DNA of 63,087 bases, counting the filler, from Parasitella parasitica NRRL 2501 (Eukaryota > Fungi > Mucoromycota), in NCBI GenBank assembly GCA_025201805.1. It is 4 parts of 4 records of this genome, joined end to end, with 100 filler letters (N's around TTAATTAATTAA, not from the genome) between each part and the next. Parts side by side here need not be neighbours in the genome. Positions count along the whole stretch, not along the records: positions 1 to 23,524 come from MU619453.1; 3 more parts are not named here. One strand, written 5' to 3'. The notes below the pieces were generated by a model. It did no database searches, was not told the origin of the DNA, and saw nothing but the letters and a program-made list of their open reading frames with translations. Below are positions 1 to 14,953 of this stretch, one piece after another (the first letter of the stretch is position 1; the number at the start of each line of letters is the position of its first letter). Both the position numbers and the translations under genes were made by a program.

Positions 1-95
1 CATGATAAATATTGAAAAATAAAAATGTTTTTGCGGGTAATTTTTGATAGAGACATTGCCCAGTGGAACCCAAGTTATGCTCAGATAGCGATGAT
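1..95 (+). repeat. Fragment of the ~335-bp repeat family (also at 22850-23210 and 46340-47625)
   Basis: atgataaatattgaaaaat...gatagagacattgcccagtggaacccaagttatgctcagatagcgatgat matches 22895-22968 (+) and the reverse complement of 46343-46420. Confidence 0.85.
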
Positions 96-2513
96 TATTC
101 ATCTAGTAAATATCGTCAATTTATAGGACTTTGAAGATCAGTTACTAGAGTGCTTCGCGTCCCATCTTTGGATGCATTGACTACTACGCGATAAAAAAAA
201 AATAATAAAAAAGCGGAAAGGATATACAATTATAAGTCTTCGATATTTATTCAAAGTTAAAAAATGTAAGCCAAGATCCATCAAGTTGAAAGATCTTGGA
301 TGTATTTATATAAAATATAATCTGTATATTTCATGTTACTAATGCAGTAACTGGATTGTCTCCAATTTAGGCTTCATGGGAAAGCAGTAACGACTGTGGT
401 TTATAAGGAGTACAAAGGTGTACAATTGTCTTTATATGTTGAATGTTAATGATGATATTTGTCATGTTCAATGTTGTTCTCAAGGACACGGTTCTTAATA
501 AAGAAATGTCTTACTAATTCAAATAAGATGTGTGAAAGACTGCCAGTAGTTCACATCAGACCAGCTACGTTTAATTGTTTTTGCATAGTACATATGTGTA
601 CAGGTAGTAAAGTTGAAACATACAGATTTAATCAGATGTCAATATAACACAAAATTATATTAAAGTGTAAACATTAGATTAAAAATTTATACATTAATAA
701 TATGAAACTTAATACATATGAAATGACTTTTGAGATAGGTACAATTTGTTATGAACCGGTGAAGAAGCATAAATCAAAATCAATCATATTTATCTCCAAA
801 GAGACAATTCATCTCCTTCTTGCCTGACTAATACACCTTACCATTCTTGCCTAACTGATCCACGTTATCATTATTATCTTATTGATCTATACTAGATTAT
901 TACCTAATTCATCTACATTCTTGCATATTGTTGTGAGGGTGCGGTAATGGTTTGTAAGTTTACTTGTACTTTCAGTAGTATACGCTCATTTAACTATTCA
1001 AACAATTCCTTCATGGCAAGTAGCTATTAAAAACCAATACTACTTTTATGGTGCAAGGGTAAATAATAAACCAAAAAATAAACAAACTAAAAAGAGATTC
1101 CAATAACTGAAAAGAACTGATGTTTCTATTTTTGATAATGTATTGGATATTTATATGCAATGCTTTGTTTATCTGGGTCAAACGCCACGACTGATCTGGA
1201 TGTGGACATGACCGCTCATTACAATCTACACGGTATTCTAGTTCACATTGCAGTGAACTAGATAGTTTGCAAAAAGTATAAATAGAAGACATTTTGACCA
1301 GCAAGAGTTTTTCTTCATTAGATCTCCTCAAAATATTCCTCCAGCAGCCTTTCTTATTTATTTACCACTTTCCCTTATTAATAATAATCTTCTTGTCTAA
1401 ATAAAACTAGCTGCATAGCTTCTTTTATTTATCTATCCCTGATTATCTAATAAGGCCTGAAATCCCTGATACAAACGTGTATACTCACATCACTTCCCTC
1501 AGTTCGCAAAAAGTAAAGGCCCTCTCTATTTTGAATGTAATTTACGGGTCTTTACTTGCTTTATATTAAAATTGAGGATAAACCATCTTCATCATAAATA
1601 ACAGACATTTGTTCATAACGTCTGCTAAATGAACCGTAGAACCGAGACCAAAAAAAGAAAACCTTATAGGATCGGCTCAGCACTATCTGATTCAAACATT
1701 TATATATGATGATGCGTTTTTAATAAATAAAATCAAGCATTTCATGGTGATTATATTCTTATAACTATACCCCACCATTGAATATGTATATAATACAAGC
1801 CAAGTAACAAAATCAACTAGTTAAACAGCTGTCATTGTGATTATTACTATAGCCTCCTTCACGTCTTCAATTAACAGTGGTGGTGCCATCCTCGTATGAT
1901 GGCAGTCGGGATATTTTTATACTGATGATTTGTATAATCCGATAGAATCATATGCTATTTTCGTGGTAAACAGGATGCTTAGTACTTGTAGGATTAATCA
2001 TGTAGATGTTGAAAATCGTATACATCAAAACTTGGTATTTTGTCAAGATAAATGTGGCCCAAGTATTCTGATTTATGCATCGTGGAAAACCAACATTGTC
2101 ATTTCTTCAAATGATACTAGTGGAAAGCGACCAAGGTTCGGTTTCCGTATGACAGAAACATTTCCTAAACTTATATAGCTTTTATTTCATCGAAAATTGA
2201 TGATTTTACATCTAGAAATCAAAGATTTCATCTGAAGATGTATAATCATGCAATACTACTATGCAGATAATAATGCAAATATATGCATTTTAACATTTAT
2301 GATGGTGGCGCATCTTTTGGTGCCTTACCATATAGGTTTTCGAATATTGCTTGAATACAGATTGAATTTGCGTCTCACGTAATTTTGATGATGAACGTTA
2401 CTTGGACTTGTGTGTAAAGGAAAAAAAAGTACAAAAAGCATTGTTTAGACATTATTACTTTCGCCTCTTTCTCCCGCTTTTTTTTTTTTTTTCTTGACTA
2501 TAAAAGCATCGTT

Positions 2514-4079
2514 ATGGACTCAAAAATATTTCCAGCAAAAGAAAAGATCAACACTCGTGAGCATTACTTGAAGATAAAGCAATATTTGCCGGTAAAGACT
2601 GCTGGTAGTATCATCTATCACCGAGGCGGCACGACCCACACAAGAGACGACACAGATGTTGAGTTAGATTTTCGTCAAGAAAGCAACTTTGCATATCTTT
2701 CTGGAGTAGAAGCAGCTGGATTCCATATTGTTATAGTGCTGGAAACCGATACAATTTACCTGGTTCGACCTGATATACCTAAAATAGAGCAACTCTGGAA
2801 GGGCATACCAGAACCTGATACAGCCCTGATGAAGAAATACAACGTGGACCACATTCTATTGGACACACAACTCAAACAATTCTTGCAGCATCTGGAACCG
2901 ACGGTTATTTTAACGCTGGATATCACTAATATCGACTATGATCGCTATATCCCAATGGGATTTGAAAAGCGGATTGACAGAAATCATCTCAAGGCTGCTA
3001 TACACGAAGCTAGATTAACCAAATTTCCATGGGAAATATCCCTACTACGTTATGCAGCACAGATGTCATCTCACGCTCACATGAACTTGATGTCGTATTG
3101 CGGAGATAAGTTTAGACATAATCAGAGAATCAATGAAGCAGAGCTGGAAGCCAGATTTCGGTGGATATGTAGCAAGAATGGGCTTTTAAGGCAGTGCTAT
3201 ATTCCAATTATCGCCTCTGGGTCAAGAGCAGCTGTTTTGCATTACACACAAAATGATAAATTAATCCCAAATGATCAACACGCGCTTGTATTGGTAGACG
3301 CCGGAGGAGAGTATCGCTGCTACGGAAGCGACGTAACAAGGACGTTTCCTGTTTCAACTCGATTTTCGGATGAAGCCAAGACGATCTATGACATTGTCTT
3401 GAAGGCTCAAAATGTAACGTAGTAAATCTTTGATTGGGTACTTTATCTTAAATCATTACTATTAATATTATTATTGACATCTAGGCTGTGTTAGCACGAT
3501 TAAAACCGGGAGTGTTCTGGAAAGACATGCATGATCTAGTTGTTCACATCTTGTGCCACGAGTTGGTGAAAATTGGTGTCCTGATTGGAGAAGAGGAGGA
3601 GCTTTTACAGTTGCAAGTCTATCGAGCATTTTATTTCCATGGCAAGTATAAAAATATTTGCTTATCGTACCTTGGAAAGACCTGATAATATACAAAATGC
3701 CATGCATACTTATATCAAAATGTATGACAATACAGGAACGGGACATAGCGTAGGCTTGGATTGTCATGACGTGGGAGGAAAATATATTAATATCATGGAA
3801 AATACAAGAAAGGGGATTCCGCTCCATTTGCTACAAAAGCCGCTGGATGAAAATATGGTGTTAACTGTTGAACCAGGTCTTTATTTTAATGATGTGAGCA
3901 TTGATGTATGGACCAAGAACCCAGGTTACAAGCATTATTTTGATATGGACAAAATCAACCAATATCGGGTAATTGGAGGAGTTCGCATTGAGGATACCGT
4001 CTTGATTACATGTGATGGAATCGAGAACTTTACTGTAGCACCAAAGCAGACGCAAGACATTGAAGCTCTAATGCATTAA
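2514..4079 (+). CDS. Xaa-Pro dipeptidase/aminopeptidase P (peptidase M24B, prolidase-like), 3 exons
   Basis: Motifs FRQESNFAYLSGV, LVDAGGEY..YGSDVTRTFP, FHGTGHSVGLDCHDVG, TVEPGLYF, GGVRIED; introns 3414-3484 (GT-AG) and 3642-3735 (GC-AG) restore the frame. Confidence 0.95.
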
Positions 4080-4202
4080 CAAAATAATGAGACTATAATT
4101 GTATACACCTTTTCATTAAATCGGCGCTTTTTGTGGCCATGCACCCTTGCCCCGTTTGTTTTTGTGAGGGCATCTCCAGTTTTGTCCATTGTTTAGCGCA
4201 AA

Positions 4203-5231
4203 ATGCACTTTCGTTTATTCAGATCATTCACTCTAGCCCAGATACCCAAGGCAGTCGGCTTTACCGCAGCAAGGCCAGCCATTGCTCGAATCGCTTGGCA
4301 GCAGCCTGTTTTGACAACAACTGCTACACGTTTATATGCTAAGAAGAGCAAGGACAGCAAAAAGAAATCTCATGTCGAATCCAAAGCAGCAGCATCAGCT
4401 GACCAAGACGACCAAGAGGAAGTTGTCCGTTATTTCAACGAAGAAGAGACGCAAGAAAAGTTTGACAAATTGATATCTCAATTGAAGGAACATTTGAGTG
4501 TAATAAGAATGGGAAGAGCCAACCCTTGTAAGTTTTTTTTTTTTTTCCTTTTTTATTGATGAGAACCAAGATTTGCTTCGAATCTAACAGTTGGATATAG
4601 CCCTGCTGGATAATGTTCGTGTGCGCATTGAGCACTCTCATTTCCCCCTGAAAGATCTCGCTCAAGTAACCATTAGAGACCCTCAGACACTCTTGGTCAC
4701 TGTTCATGATGCTGATGTAAGTAGCGTAATGCGCTGGTCGATTTTGTGATTCGCTGTTAATGCAGTAGACGCATATAGTACATGTCAGCCGTAGACAAGA
4801 GCATCCGTGATGCTGGATTAAATTTGAACCCTGTTATCGACAACAAGGTGATTCGAGTTCCTATTCCCAAGTAAGTCATAGGCTGATCAATCAAACATGA
4901 CAAAAGACTGATCGATTAAACTGCAACATGTTAGGCCTACCAAAGAATCCCGTGATAAAATGGCCAAGCTTGTCAGCACAACAGGTGAGCAAAGCAAGCA
5001 CAAGGTGAGATCTCTTCGTCAAGATGGCATGAGACAATTAAAGCAGGATTACAAGCATCACTCTGCAGACGAAATTAAAAAACTGGAGAAAGTTGTAAGC
5101 ATAAACAGATGACATAAAATGGCATCACATTAGGCTAATCTGGATACAAACAGGTTCAAAATTTGACAGACAAGCACAACAAGACCATCGATGAACTATT
5201 GAAGGCCAAAATCAAAGAAATCCAATCTTAA
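4203..5231 (+). CDS. RRF1: Mitochondrial ribosome recycling factor, multi-exon
   Basis: Arg-rich N-terminal presequence; IRMGRANP|SLLDNVRV, LKDLAQV, DKSIRDAGLNLNP, VIRVPIP.PTKESR; final exon ends AKIKEIQS-TAA. Confidence 0.9.
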
Positions 5232-5421
5232 TAAAGCAAATCTTATTGATCAATAATAGCGCAGCAGCAGCATTGGAATTATTTTTTTTGGAGGGGNNNN
5301 NNNNNNNNNNNNNNNNNNNNNNNNNNTTTTCGTATCACCAACTAACACTTGAATATAAATAGGCTTTTAGCCTAGCCTCTCTTTAGTTTTTTCCCTTTCC
5401 TTTTATTTCAATCAAACAGAG

Positions 5422-7283
<1,862 letters not shown>

Positions 7284-7569
7284 TTTTTATGTATATCTAT
7301 CGTTCTTTATTATCTTCATAATATATTACTTCACTATAATAATTGCCCATTTAATGACTCATACATATACTGAATCAGCCTGCAAGTGCAGCGAGAAAGC
7401 ATAAAGGAAAATGTAAAAAAGATCTGCCGATATCAACAGTCGAGCTGGTTTAAGAATGCTCCTTATTATCCATAATGCAACAAGGCTTAATAAAATATAT
7501 TTTGTTCTGATCAGTCAACTAGTATTGTTGCTAAATTAAACTTAGAGTTTTTAGAGAGAACCATAAAAA

Positions 7570-7639
7570 ATCTGATAAATATCTGGTACTACAGGCGATG
7601 AGTAATTATGATACACAAAGCAATTCACTTTTATCTGAT
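7570..7639. promoter_or_regulatory. Two ATCWGATAA GATA-factor (SreA/Sre1-type) motifs upstream of the Sfh5-like gene
   Basis: ATCTGATAA at 7570-7578 (+) and TTATCTGAT (=ATCAGATAA on minus) at 7631-7639. Confidence 0.4.
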
Positions 7640-7909
7640 TTAGCTTATCATCCTGAATTCCATGCATTCGTTCACCTTCTTTGTTATATAGCGAGTACTT
7701 TCATGATCCTTTAATCAGTTGAATATGCATAGAGATGTAAAATTTCACACTGCTATTAAATGTATAAAAAGGCTAAACTTGAGGATCTTATATGAAGTGT
7801 CACGGTCTGTTTTTTCTGTGATACGTATATAAGCTATAGAGAAGAGAGTTTTTTTTTTATTTTTTACTTTTCTTTCTCTTTCTTGCTCTTAACGAAATAC
7901 TGTATAATT

Positions 7910-9037
7910 ATGCAACCTATCACTGCTGCAGAAAAGGAATCAGTAGATAAATTAAAGGCAAAATTAAGCGATATCAAGCAGGCAGCACAAGTTCCTGAAG
8001 GATGTAAGCTTTGGGACATCTCACTTGATCAAAAATCGACTGATTCTAGACTCGATGTTCTTTTAGTCAAATTCATTAGAGCCAGGTACTTATTAGAATT
8101 AATAGCTTATGCGATGTATTAATCGAATTCAAAATACATATAGAGAGTCTGATTTGAGCAAGGCTACTCAAATGCTGACTGACACTCTGATTTGGAGAAA
8201 AGATTTTGGGGCTGATAACCTTTTAGATGAGGCTATTGATGATAGCATTTTGGGATCAGTCAGTTATATTTACAAGACAGACAAACAAGGTCGTCCTGTT
8301 TGCTACAACTTTTATGGCGATATCGATCAGGAAAAGGTGTTTGGTGACAAGGACAAATTCATTCGCTGGAGGATTCAAGTCATGGAAAGAGGAGTCCAGC
8401 TAATCGACTTTGTCAATACGGATTCCATGGTTGTCATTCATGACTACAAAGATGCATCTCTTTTTGGTCGTTCAAGCAATGCAAAAGCAGCTACAAAAGA
8501 AATCATCAAAATTATGCAAGATAATTATCCTGAGTTTTTGGTAGGTGTCAGCTAAGATAACCATAAATGCCTCTTTGTTGATTTAAAGTTCTGAATCAGG
8601 CTGTCAAATATTTTGTTAATGTACCTTACTGGGGTAGCTTAATCTTTAAGCTGGTTCGTCCATTGTTGTCTGAAGCAACGACAAAGAAATTCGTAGTCTG
8701 TTCAAAGTAAGAGCGCAAGTTTAGAAGATTCTATAAAACGGTTTCTGACTCAATTTTATTTATACATTTATATAGTGATGAACTCTATCAGTCATTGACC
8801 AATTCAATCGATGAAGCTAATCTACCCAATGTTTACCAAAAGTCGAGGGAAAAGCAACCACACGAAGAGAGCTCATCTGCTGACATGACTACATCTAAAG
8901 CAGCAGCAGTAGCCCCTATTATAGCTGACGTACCTGATAATGACAAAGCGGCTGCCGTGTTGACCTCTGAGGAACCAATTGCGAGCGTTACAAATAATCA
9001 AGAATCTGCCAACACGACTAACACCACTACTGCTTAA
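7910..9037 (+). CDS. SFH5: CRAL-TRIO (Sec14-family) protein, Sfh5/patellin-like, 4 exons
   Basis: LVKFIRAR, MLTDTLIWRKDF, PVCYNFYG, FIRWRIQVMERG, VIHDYK, QDNYPEFL|AVKYFVNVP. Confidence 0.85.
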
Positions 9038-9341
9038 TAAAAAAAAAAGATATTATTTGTTCATCCAGATATACACCTCCCTAATATGGATAGCATTATG
9101 TAAAAATACATCTTTAAACAAAGTGTCTTGTGTGGTTCATATGAACCGACCCTTCTTTTTTTCTTATCTTCCGGCCCAGCACCACCAGGACATTTTCCTT
9201 TTGGTAAGTAAGGAAAGTTTGATTGGTTTAACCCTGTCTAGCATTTTTACCATTTATATCATTAAAAATTCCCTTTTTTTCATATATAAATACGCTGTAT
9301 TCTTAGATACCCTCTTTTTTTTTTTTGTACGCATATATCCC

Positions 9342-10083
9342 ATGTCATTTATCAACACAACTCAAGTCGTTTCAAATAACTCTGAAGCGTTGCTAGGTAA
9401 TATTCATACGGTGTTTGCTGATTCGCACATGTCTGACCTTGTATTGTATAGCTTTTACGACATTAACAGCACAGAATCTACTAAATTGCTCAGCTAGCAA
9501 AAATTGCAGATCATTACCACCGTTAAGCGACTTTATCCAAGATCTGTATTCAAGAGCAACATCTAAAAGATCTTCTTATCGAGGAGGATTATCTTGTGCA
9601 GTAAAACTGTTTGCATTGATATATCTTTTCAGATTAAAATCCAAATTACCTGATCATGCCAAAGGAGGATTCGATACACCCTACCGATTATTTCTTGCAG
9701 CCGTGTTGGCGAGCTCCAAATATCTTTCTGAAACTGGTACCGGTTTGACCAGCACACATCTGTCAGTTTTGACAAACTCTGTATATACACCTAAAGACAT
9801 CAATCAAATGGAGAGAAGCTTTTTGGGTTTAATCTGTTATGATTTATGGGTGTCCGCCAAAGATATTCAGTCTTTCATCAAACTGTACGGCGATCTAATT
9901 CAAGTGGACATTTGCAATGTGAATTTACCACAACAGCCTATCGCGAAACGTTGCAATGAACATAATAATACCATTGATACCATTCATAGCAATGTTGCCA
10001 CAACTGCAACAGCTTCAACTGATACAAATAATACCAGTACTGCTGCAGCAACAAAACCGAAAGCGATTTTGCATCCTGCTTGA
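9342..10083 (+). CDS. Pho85-type (Pcl1/2-like) cyclin
   Basis: LPPLSDFI, ALIYLFRLKSKLP, TPYRLFLAAVLASSKYL, DINQMERSFLGLICYDL; probable intron 9397-9493. Confidence 0.85.
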
Positions 10084-12196
10084 GATTTTCACCCATACCT
10101 ACTATGTATATATATATACATGTAAATACTCTGTACATATACGCAATAAATTTTGGTTTTTCCTCCTTTTCTTTTTGACAAGGTATGGAATTTTATGCTA
10201 CTCTTTTACTCTTCACATGTAAAATTTTTACATTTAAATGTCCAATCGTGTATTTATAACAAACATCAACTTTTTATAATCACATGAAAATTAGGTTTTT
10301 ATGATAAAAGCACAATTCAACCAAGCGCCAGCATTATCGCATGATTCCGAACTGTTCTTTGATCGCAATGGCGATGCAATTTTGATACAGTTAAAGCACG
10401 TTTTAATACGTTTTATTTTACTAAAACACACAGGTAAGTTGACATTGCAAAAGACGAAAACTACCTTTCAAGTGCTCTCAAGGACCTGGAGCTTTTATAC
10501 TAAACGGGAGAAAGCGCGAAGGGGCAGGTTTGGCAGGTTTAAACTGACCCTGGGAAGCTACAGATGCATACGATTAGATTCTTGGCGTAACATGCGCACA
10601 TCTTTCAATGTGACATTTTGAGGATGTGTACGAAAAGCTAGAACTTCCAATCTCTCAGAACAACTCACAAATTACCACTGGCAACTATCATATAAAGAAA
10701 CTAGGCTGAAATGATGCAATTGATAAATCGATTGTGATAGTAAAAGAGTTGTCAACAAGCCTCTATAATTACAAGCAATACATACAATAGATTGCAAAAG
10801 TACGTGGTTCTGTCTGTTCAGTCTAAGGGGTAATTGAAGCATCCCAGAATGTGCGAGTGTCAACATCAAGTAACCGAACAAAGTCTATTTATTTGGTCAC
10901 GAAATTTGCCCGGTGTGGTGTGTAAAAAGGGGCTAATTTTTTTTTCAAATTGAAAAAATCAAACTGGGGGTGATATATTCCATGTATACGCTTATAAACT
11001 CCATTTTCCGGGATTGCAGAAACGTTTTTATGATATAATATGAGTTAGAAGGTATACGGCGCCAACTATCGTGCACATTGGCGATAGCGATTCTATGAAT
11101 ATGCCGACACTTGGTGTCAATACAGTTGTCATTTTCAGAGGTCGGCTGCTTTTCTCTGCCGATATCGATTGATTAGAAGACTTGCTTTGTGAATATTATA
11201 ATAATGAACCGTACCAATTGCTTTGGCTACCCCAATATGTGCGCGTCGATTTTTACGTTAATGTAATTGCTCAATTGAAACAATAATTAACAAAGCAAGG
11301 CTCACTGTTTCGACAACTGTATCCGAACTACCGTAACAGATAGGGCACCAAGGATTCAGGCTACTTCGTCTGACATCTGCCTTAAATTTAATCTTTATTT
11401 GAAAGTATATACTCTGGCAGAGTGGTTTTGGTATTACCTCTTTTGCACAAAATTTAGCTATACTCTTCTATAAATCAGAGCGTATGCCGCAACAAGCACA
11501 ATCATCGCTACTATTTCGACAATTATTATGTACTAAGAGTCTTTTACTGATTATTTTACTGATCACGACCGTTTGCCAAATTGGAGGACTCCATACCATT
11601 ATTTCATCTCACAGATGAATTACCCACAGTCTACACAGGATATGCCGATGCGTAAATAGCTAATGTCTTGGTGTCAACTTGAAAAGAGGTGGTTCAAGAG
11701 ATGTATCTTGTCAGCATTATTACTGTTGTTTGATTTAACAGTGGGAGTCGTCGTGTTACGTGGCTGGTATGAACCATAGGTCTTTGCTCCTCCTTTTTCC
11801 TTGTTAATTAAATACATAAAACGAAATTTATTTTGTGTAATATTGCATTTTCGCTTGTCATGTTCCTGTTGTATTCGCTGTACTAACTGCACAGCATGAT
11901 GATTGACAACAATCACCGTTAAAAAAAAATAGCAAATCCAGAAAACCTCTCGTAATTGCAATTTTTGATTACTTGCTTTATTTAGAAGGTCATCTTCTTG
12001 CACTTCTAAAGATGATTTGTTTATATTAAAGTGCAAAAGTCGAAAAATCAAGGTACCTCGAGGGAACCACAACCTCGAAATTTGATATAAAAAGGCCATG
12101 TGGATTTGACATGTTTTATTGTTTTACCTTATCCTCTTCCATTCCTATCCACTTAAAACAACCCCCTTTCCTTTCCCTATATATAGATAAAAAAAA

Positions 12197-12913
12197 ATGA
12201 AGTTTTTCCTTGTCCTTGTTCTTTTGGTGGCCATGTTGTCATTGACATCTGCTTTGTCTGTTCATGAAAAGCGCCGTCATGAGCACAGGTCTAGAGGCAA
12301 AGGCCGTCGTAATAGATCTTCATTGTCGTCGAAAAAGGCTGCCCAGTCTTCCAAGAAGTCAAGATCTACCACCACCACCACCACCGCTACTACTTCCACC
12401 ACCAAGAAAGCTTACAAATCGTCTACCAAGAAATCAACCAAGAAATCAACCAAGAAATCAACCAAGAAATCGACGACCAAGTCAACGAAATCAACCAAGT
12501 CTTCTGGCCCTACACGTACTGCTAGTGCTACGACTTCAAGGAAATCTGCAACCACAACTCTCTCCACCAAAAAGCCTACACAAACCTCTACTTCCAGTGG
12601 CGGAAAATACTCTGGTGAGGGCACCTATTATGATGTTGGGCTCGGTTCTTGTGGCCAGACAAATTCCAACAGTGAACTGGTAGCAGCTTTGAACGCTCCT
12701 CAAATGCAAAATGGCGCCAACCCTAACAACAATCCTCAGTGTGGAAAGAAAATCAAGGTAACCAATCCTGCGAATGGCAAGTCTGTCACTGTGAAGATTG
12801 TCGACACTTGCCCTCCTTGCTCGTCTGGTGATGTTGATCTCAGTCCAAGTGCTTTTTCTGCCATTGCTGATATGGACTTGGGCCGAATTCCCATAAAATG
12901 GGATTGGGCCTAA
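12197..12913 (+). CDS. Secreted RlpA-like double-psi beta-barrel (expansin/loosenin-like) protein
   Basis: Signal peptide, EKRR dibasic site, Ser/Thr/Lys-rich linker with KKST repeats, GEGTYYDVGLGSCG...VKIVDTCPPC...DLSPSAF. Confidence 0.92.
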   Translation: MKFFLVLVLLVAMLSLTSALSVHEKRRHEHRSRGKGRRNRSSLSSKKAAQSSKKSRSTTTTTTATTSTTKKAYKSSTKKSTKKSTKKSTKKSTTKSTKSTKSSGPTRTASATTSRKSATTTLSTKKPTQTSTSSGGKYSGEGTYYDVGLGSCGQTNSNSELVAALNAPQMQNGANPNNNPQCGKKIKVTNPANGKSVTVKIVDTCPPCSSGDVDLSPSAFSAIADMDLGRIPIKWDWA

Positions 12914-14102
12914 GTCTTTCTTTTTTGTGTATTTGTAAAAGGAATAAACCTTTGCTATTCAACTAGGCTGGTTTTCCTAGTTGTATCAATAATGTATACT
13001 TTAAAGTTTTGTTATTAATTGCTGTTGCCTTTTTACGTTCGAAGCACTTCTAAAAATAGTCAGCACGCAATATTAAAGCACGTTGTAAATTATTACTGAA
13101 TATATCTATTAGTGCCCGAAAGGCCTCGAGAAGATCTTTGTAGCGCTCGATCAAGAATTTCAGGCACATTATTTGGCTTATATTAGCAATTACATCTTTC
13201 AAAGGTTTAGAAAAAAAAAATCAACAGATGAAGCACTGAATAGTCAGCGACCAACATATACCGTAGATTTTTCGCAAAAAGATGCTCATAATATAGAAGA
13301 TGGGTCAATCATTAAACAATTTCTGAAAGTTGTAATATGCATGTCTGTATAATAAGAGCCATAGCCCTATATGCCGATGTCCGTAGTAGAGTAACAATTG
13401 CCCTAGAATCCTCGGTTCTGCGAAAATAGGCGGAATTCCAATGTCCTATCTGCTGGTGCACCATGCAACAGGCCCTTCTTTTGCTGAGCATCCGTTGCTG
13501 TTGTAGTACATGTGGGTGCTGCTACTTGACTTGGCCTAAAAAAGGTGCCTGGGATGCGACGGAAACGGCCATTTGTAAAAGCGTGTTTGCTGCATCTAAT
13601 TTGATTGAAAATGCACTGATGCTCTGAATAGGAATATTCGCAAAAGAACTGCTCGTATATTGTAGACATTTATACTACGAAATGAAGAAAGTGGTTTACC
13701 AAAACAAAATTTATATGCTCTTGGCGAGATTGTGCATCGTACCCACTACCGAAAACCAAGATTGCATAAAGTTTCGCTACAAACATCGCGCTTTTTTTTT
13801 TTTTTTTCGATATTGCAGCGAGCGATGCTTCCCCTAACTCCCCTCTCCTCTCCTTCCATTCTCGGCCAAAAAAAGCAACCAAAACAACCTCCCGCTACGC
13901 CCCCTACTCTCAATAAGAAAGTCGCCTTAAAAATTTATTTTTGATCCAATCAACCCGGCCCAAAGCGCTCAACAAACGAGGGTAAACGACCACAGGGAAA
14001 AAAGTTTTTTTTTTTTTTTTTTTTTCGTTTTATAATTTCGGGCGGAAACGATTCCCTCTCTGTTTCCCTTTTTTTCCCATAAACAACAAGAACATAAAAA
14101 AA

Positions 14103-14729
14103 ATGGTTTTACAAGTAAGTGATAGAAATCGCGTAAGTATCTTTTTATTTCTGGGGAGACCTGCATTTCTGTTTATTTATCGGCCTTGATGATAGATGGA
14201 CCAAGTCATCCAAAGCCTCTCAAAAAATTTAAAAGAGTTCTCTGAAATTATATTGAACGCAACCGAGTCTATTGGTACCAGTGCTGCTGGCTCCGCCGCA
14301 TCTACTGCCGCTGAAAAGACAAAAAAAAAGAAGGCTGAAAAGGACCCCAATGCTCCCAAGAGAAACTTGAGCAGCTACATGCTCTATTCCCAGTCTGTCC
14401 GTCCCGATGTTGTCAAGAAGAACCCCACACTTTCGTCTGTTGATGTTGCAAAGCTCATTGGCGAAATGTGGAACTCTCTATCCGACAAAGAAAAGCAGCC
14501 TTTTGTCAAGGCGGCCGACAAGGAAAAGACTAGATTCCAAAAGGAAATGGCCGAATATGAGAAGAAGGGCAAAGCAGCATTGGGCGAGCCTGCTGAATCC
14601 ACACCTGTTAAGCGTAAGGCTGAGGAACCCACTCTTGAACCCGTCGTTGAAAAGAAGGAAAAAAAGAAATCTAAAAAGTCGCCTGTTGAGCCTACTGATA
14701 GTAAGAAGCGATCCCACAAGAAGAAGTAA
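14103..14729 (+). CDS. HMG-box chromatin protein (Nhp6/Hmo1-like) with Lys-rich tail
   Basis: KDPNAPKRNLSSYMLY...AKLIGEMWNSLSDKEKQPF; short first exon MVLQ with intron 14115-14195. Confidence 0.9.
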
Positions 14730-14953
14730 AGAAAAAAGCTGCTCAACAAAGGGGGCATCTTTTTTGCCATTATAGTGTATCAAAAAACAAACAAAAATAT
14801 CCTTTACCACCCCCCTCCCCCATTCTTCTCCTTCTTTCTATATACATGTTTAACTATTGAAATAAAACGGTATTTTTTTTACCGAGTTTATTCCATTATA
14901 AAATGCTCAGGTGTTGAGAAATCTGCTTTCTTTATTGCTTTCTCCAAACAGCC

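Noticed and set aside
13403-13669. 88-aa minus-strand ORF divergent from the HMG gene
   Set aside because: No recognisable motif; probably a chance ORF in GC-richer promoter DNA
14103-14729. HMG-box gene as the Mucorales sex locus (sexM/sexP)
   Set aside because: The KDPNAPKR..SSYM signature is the non-sequence-specific HMGB/Nhp6 type, and the flanking triose-phosphate transporter and RNA helicase genes are absent
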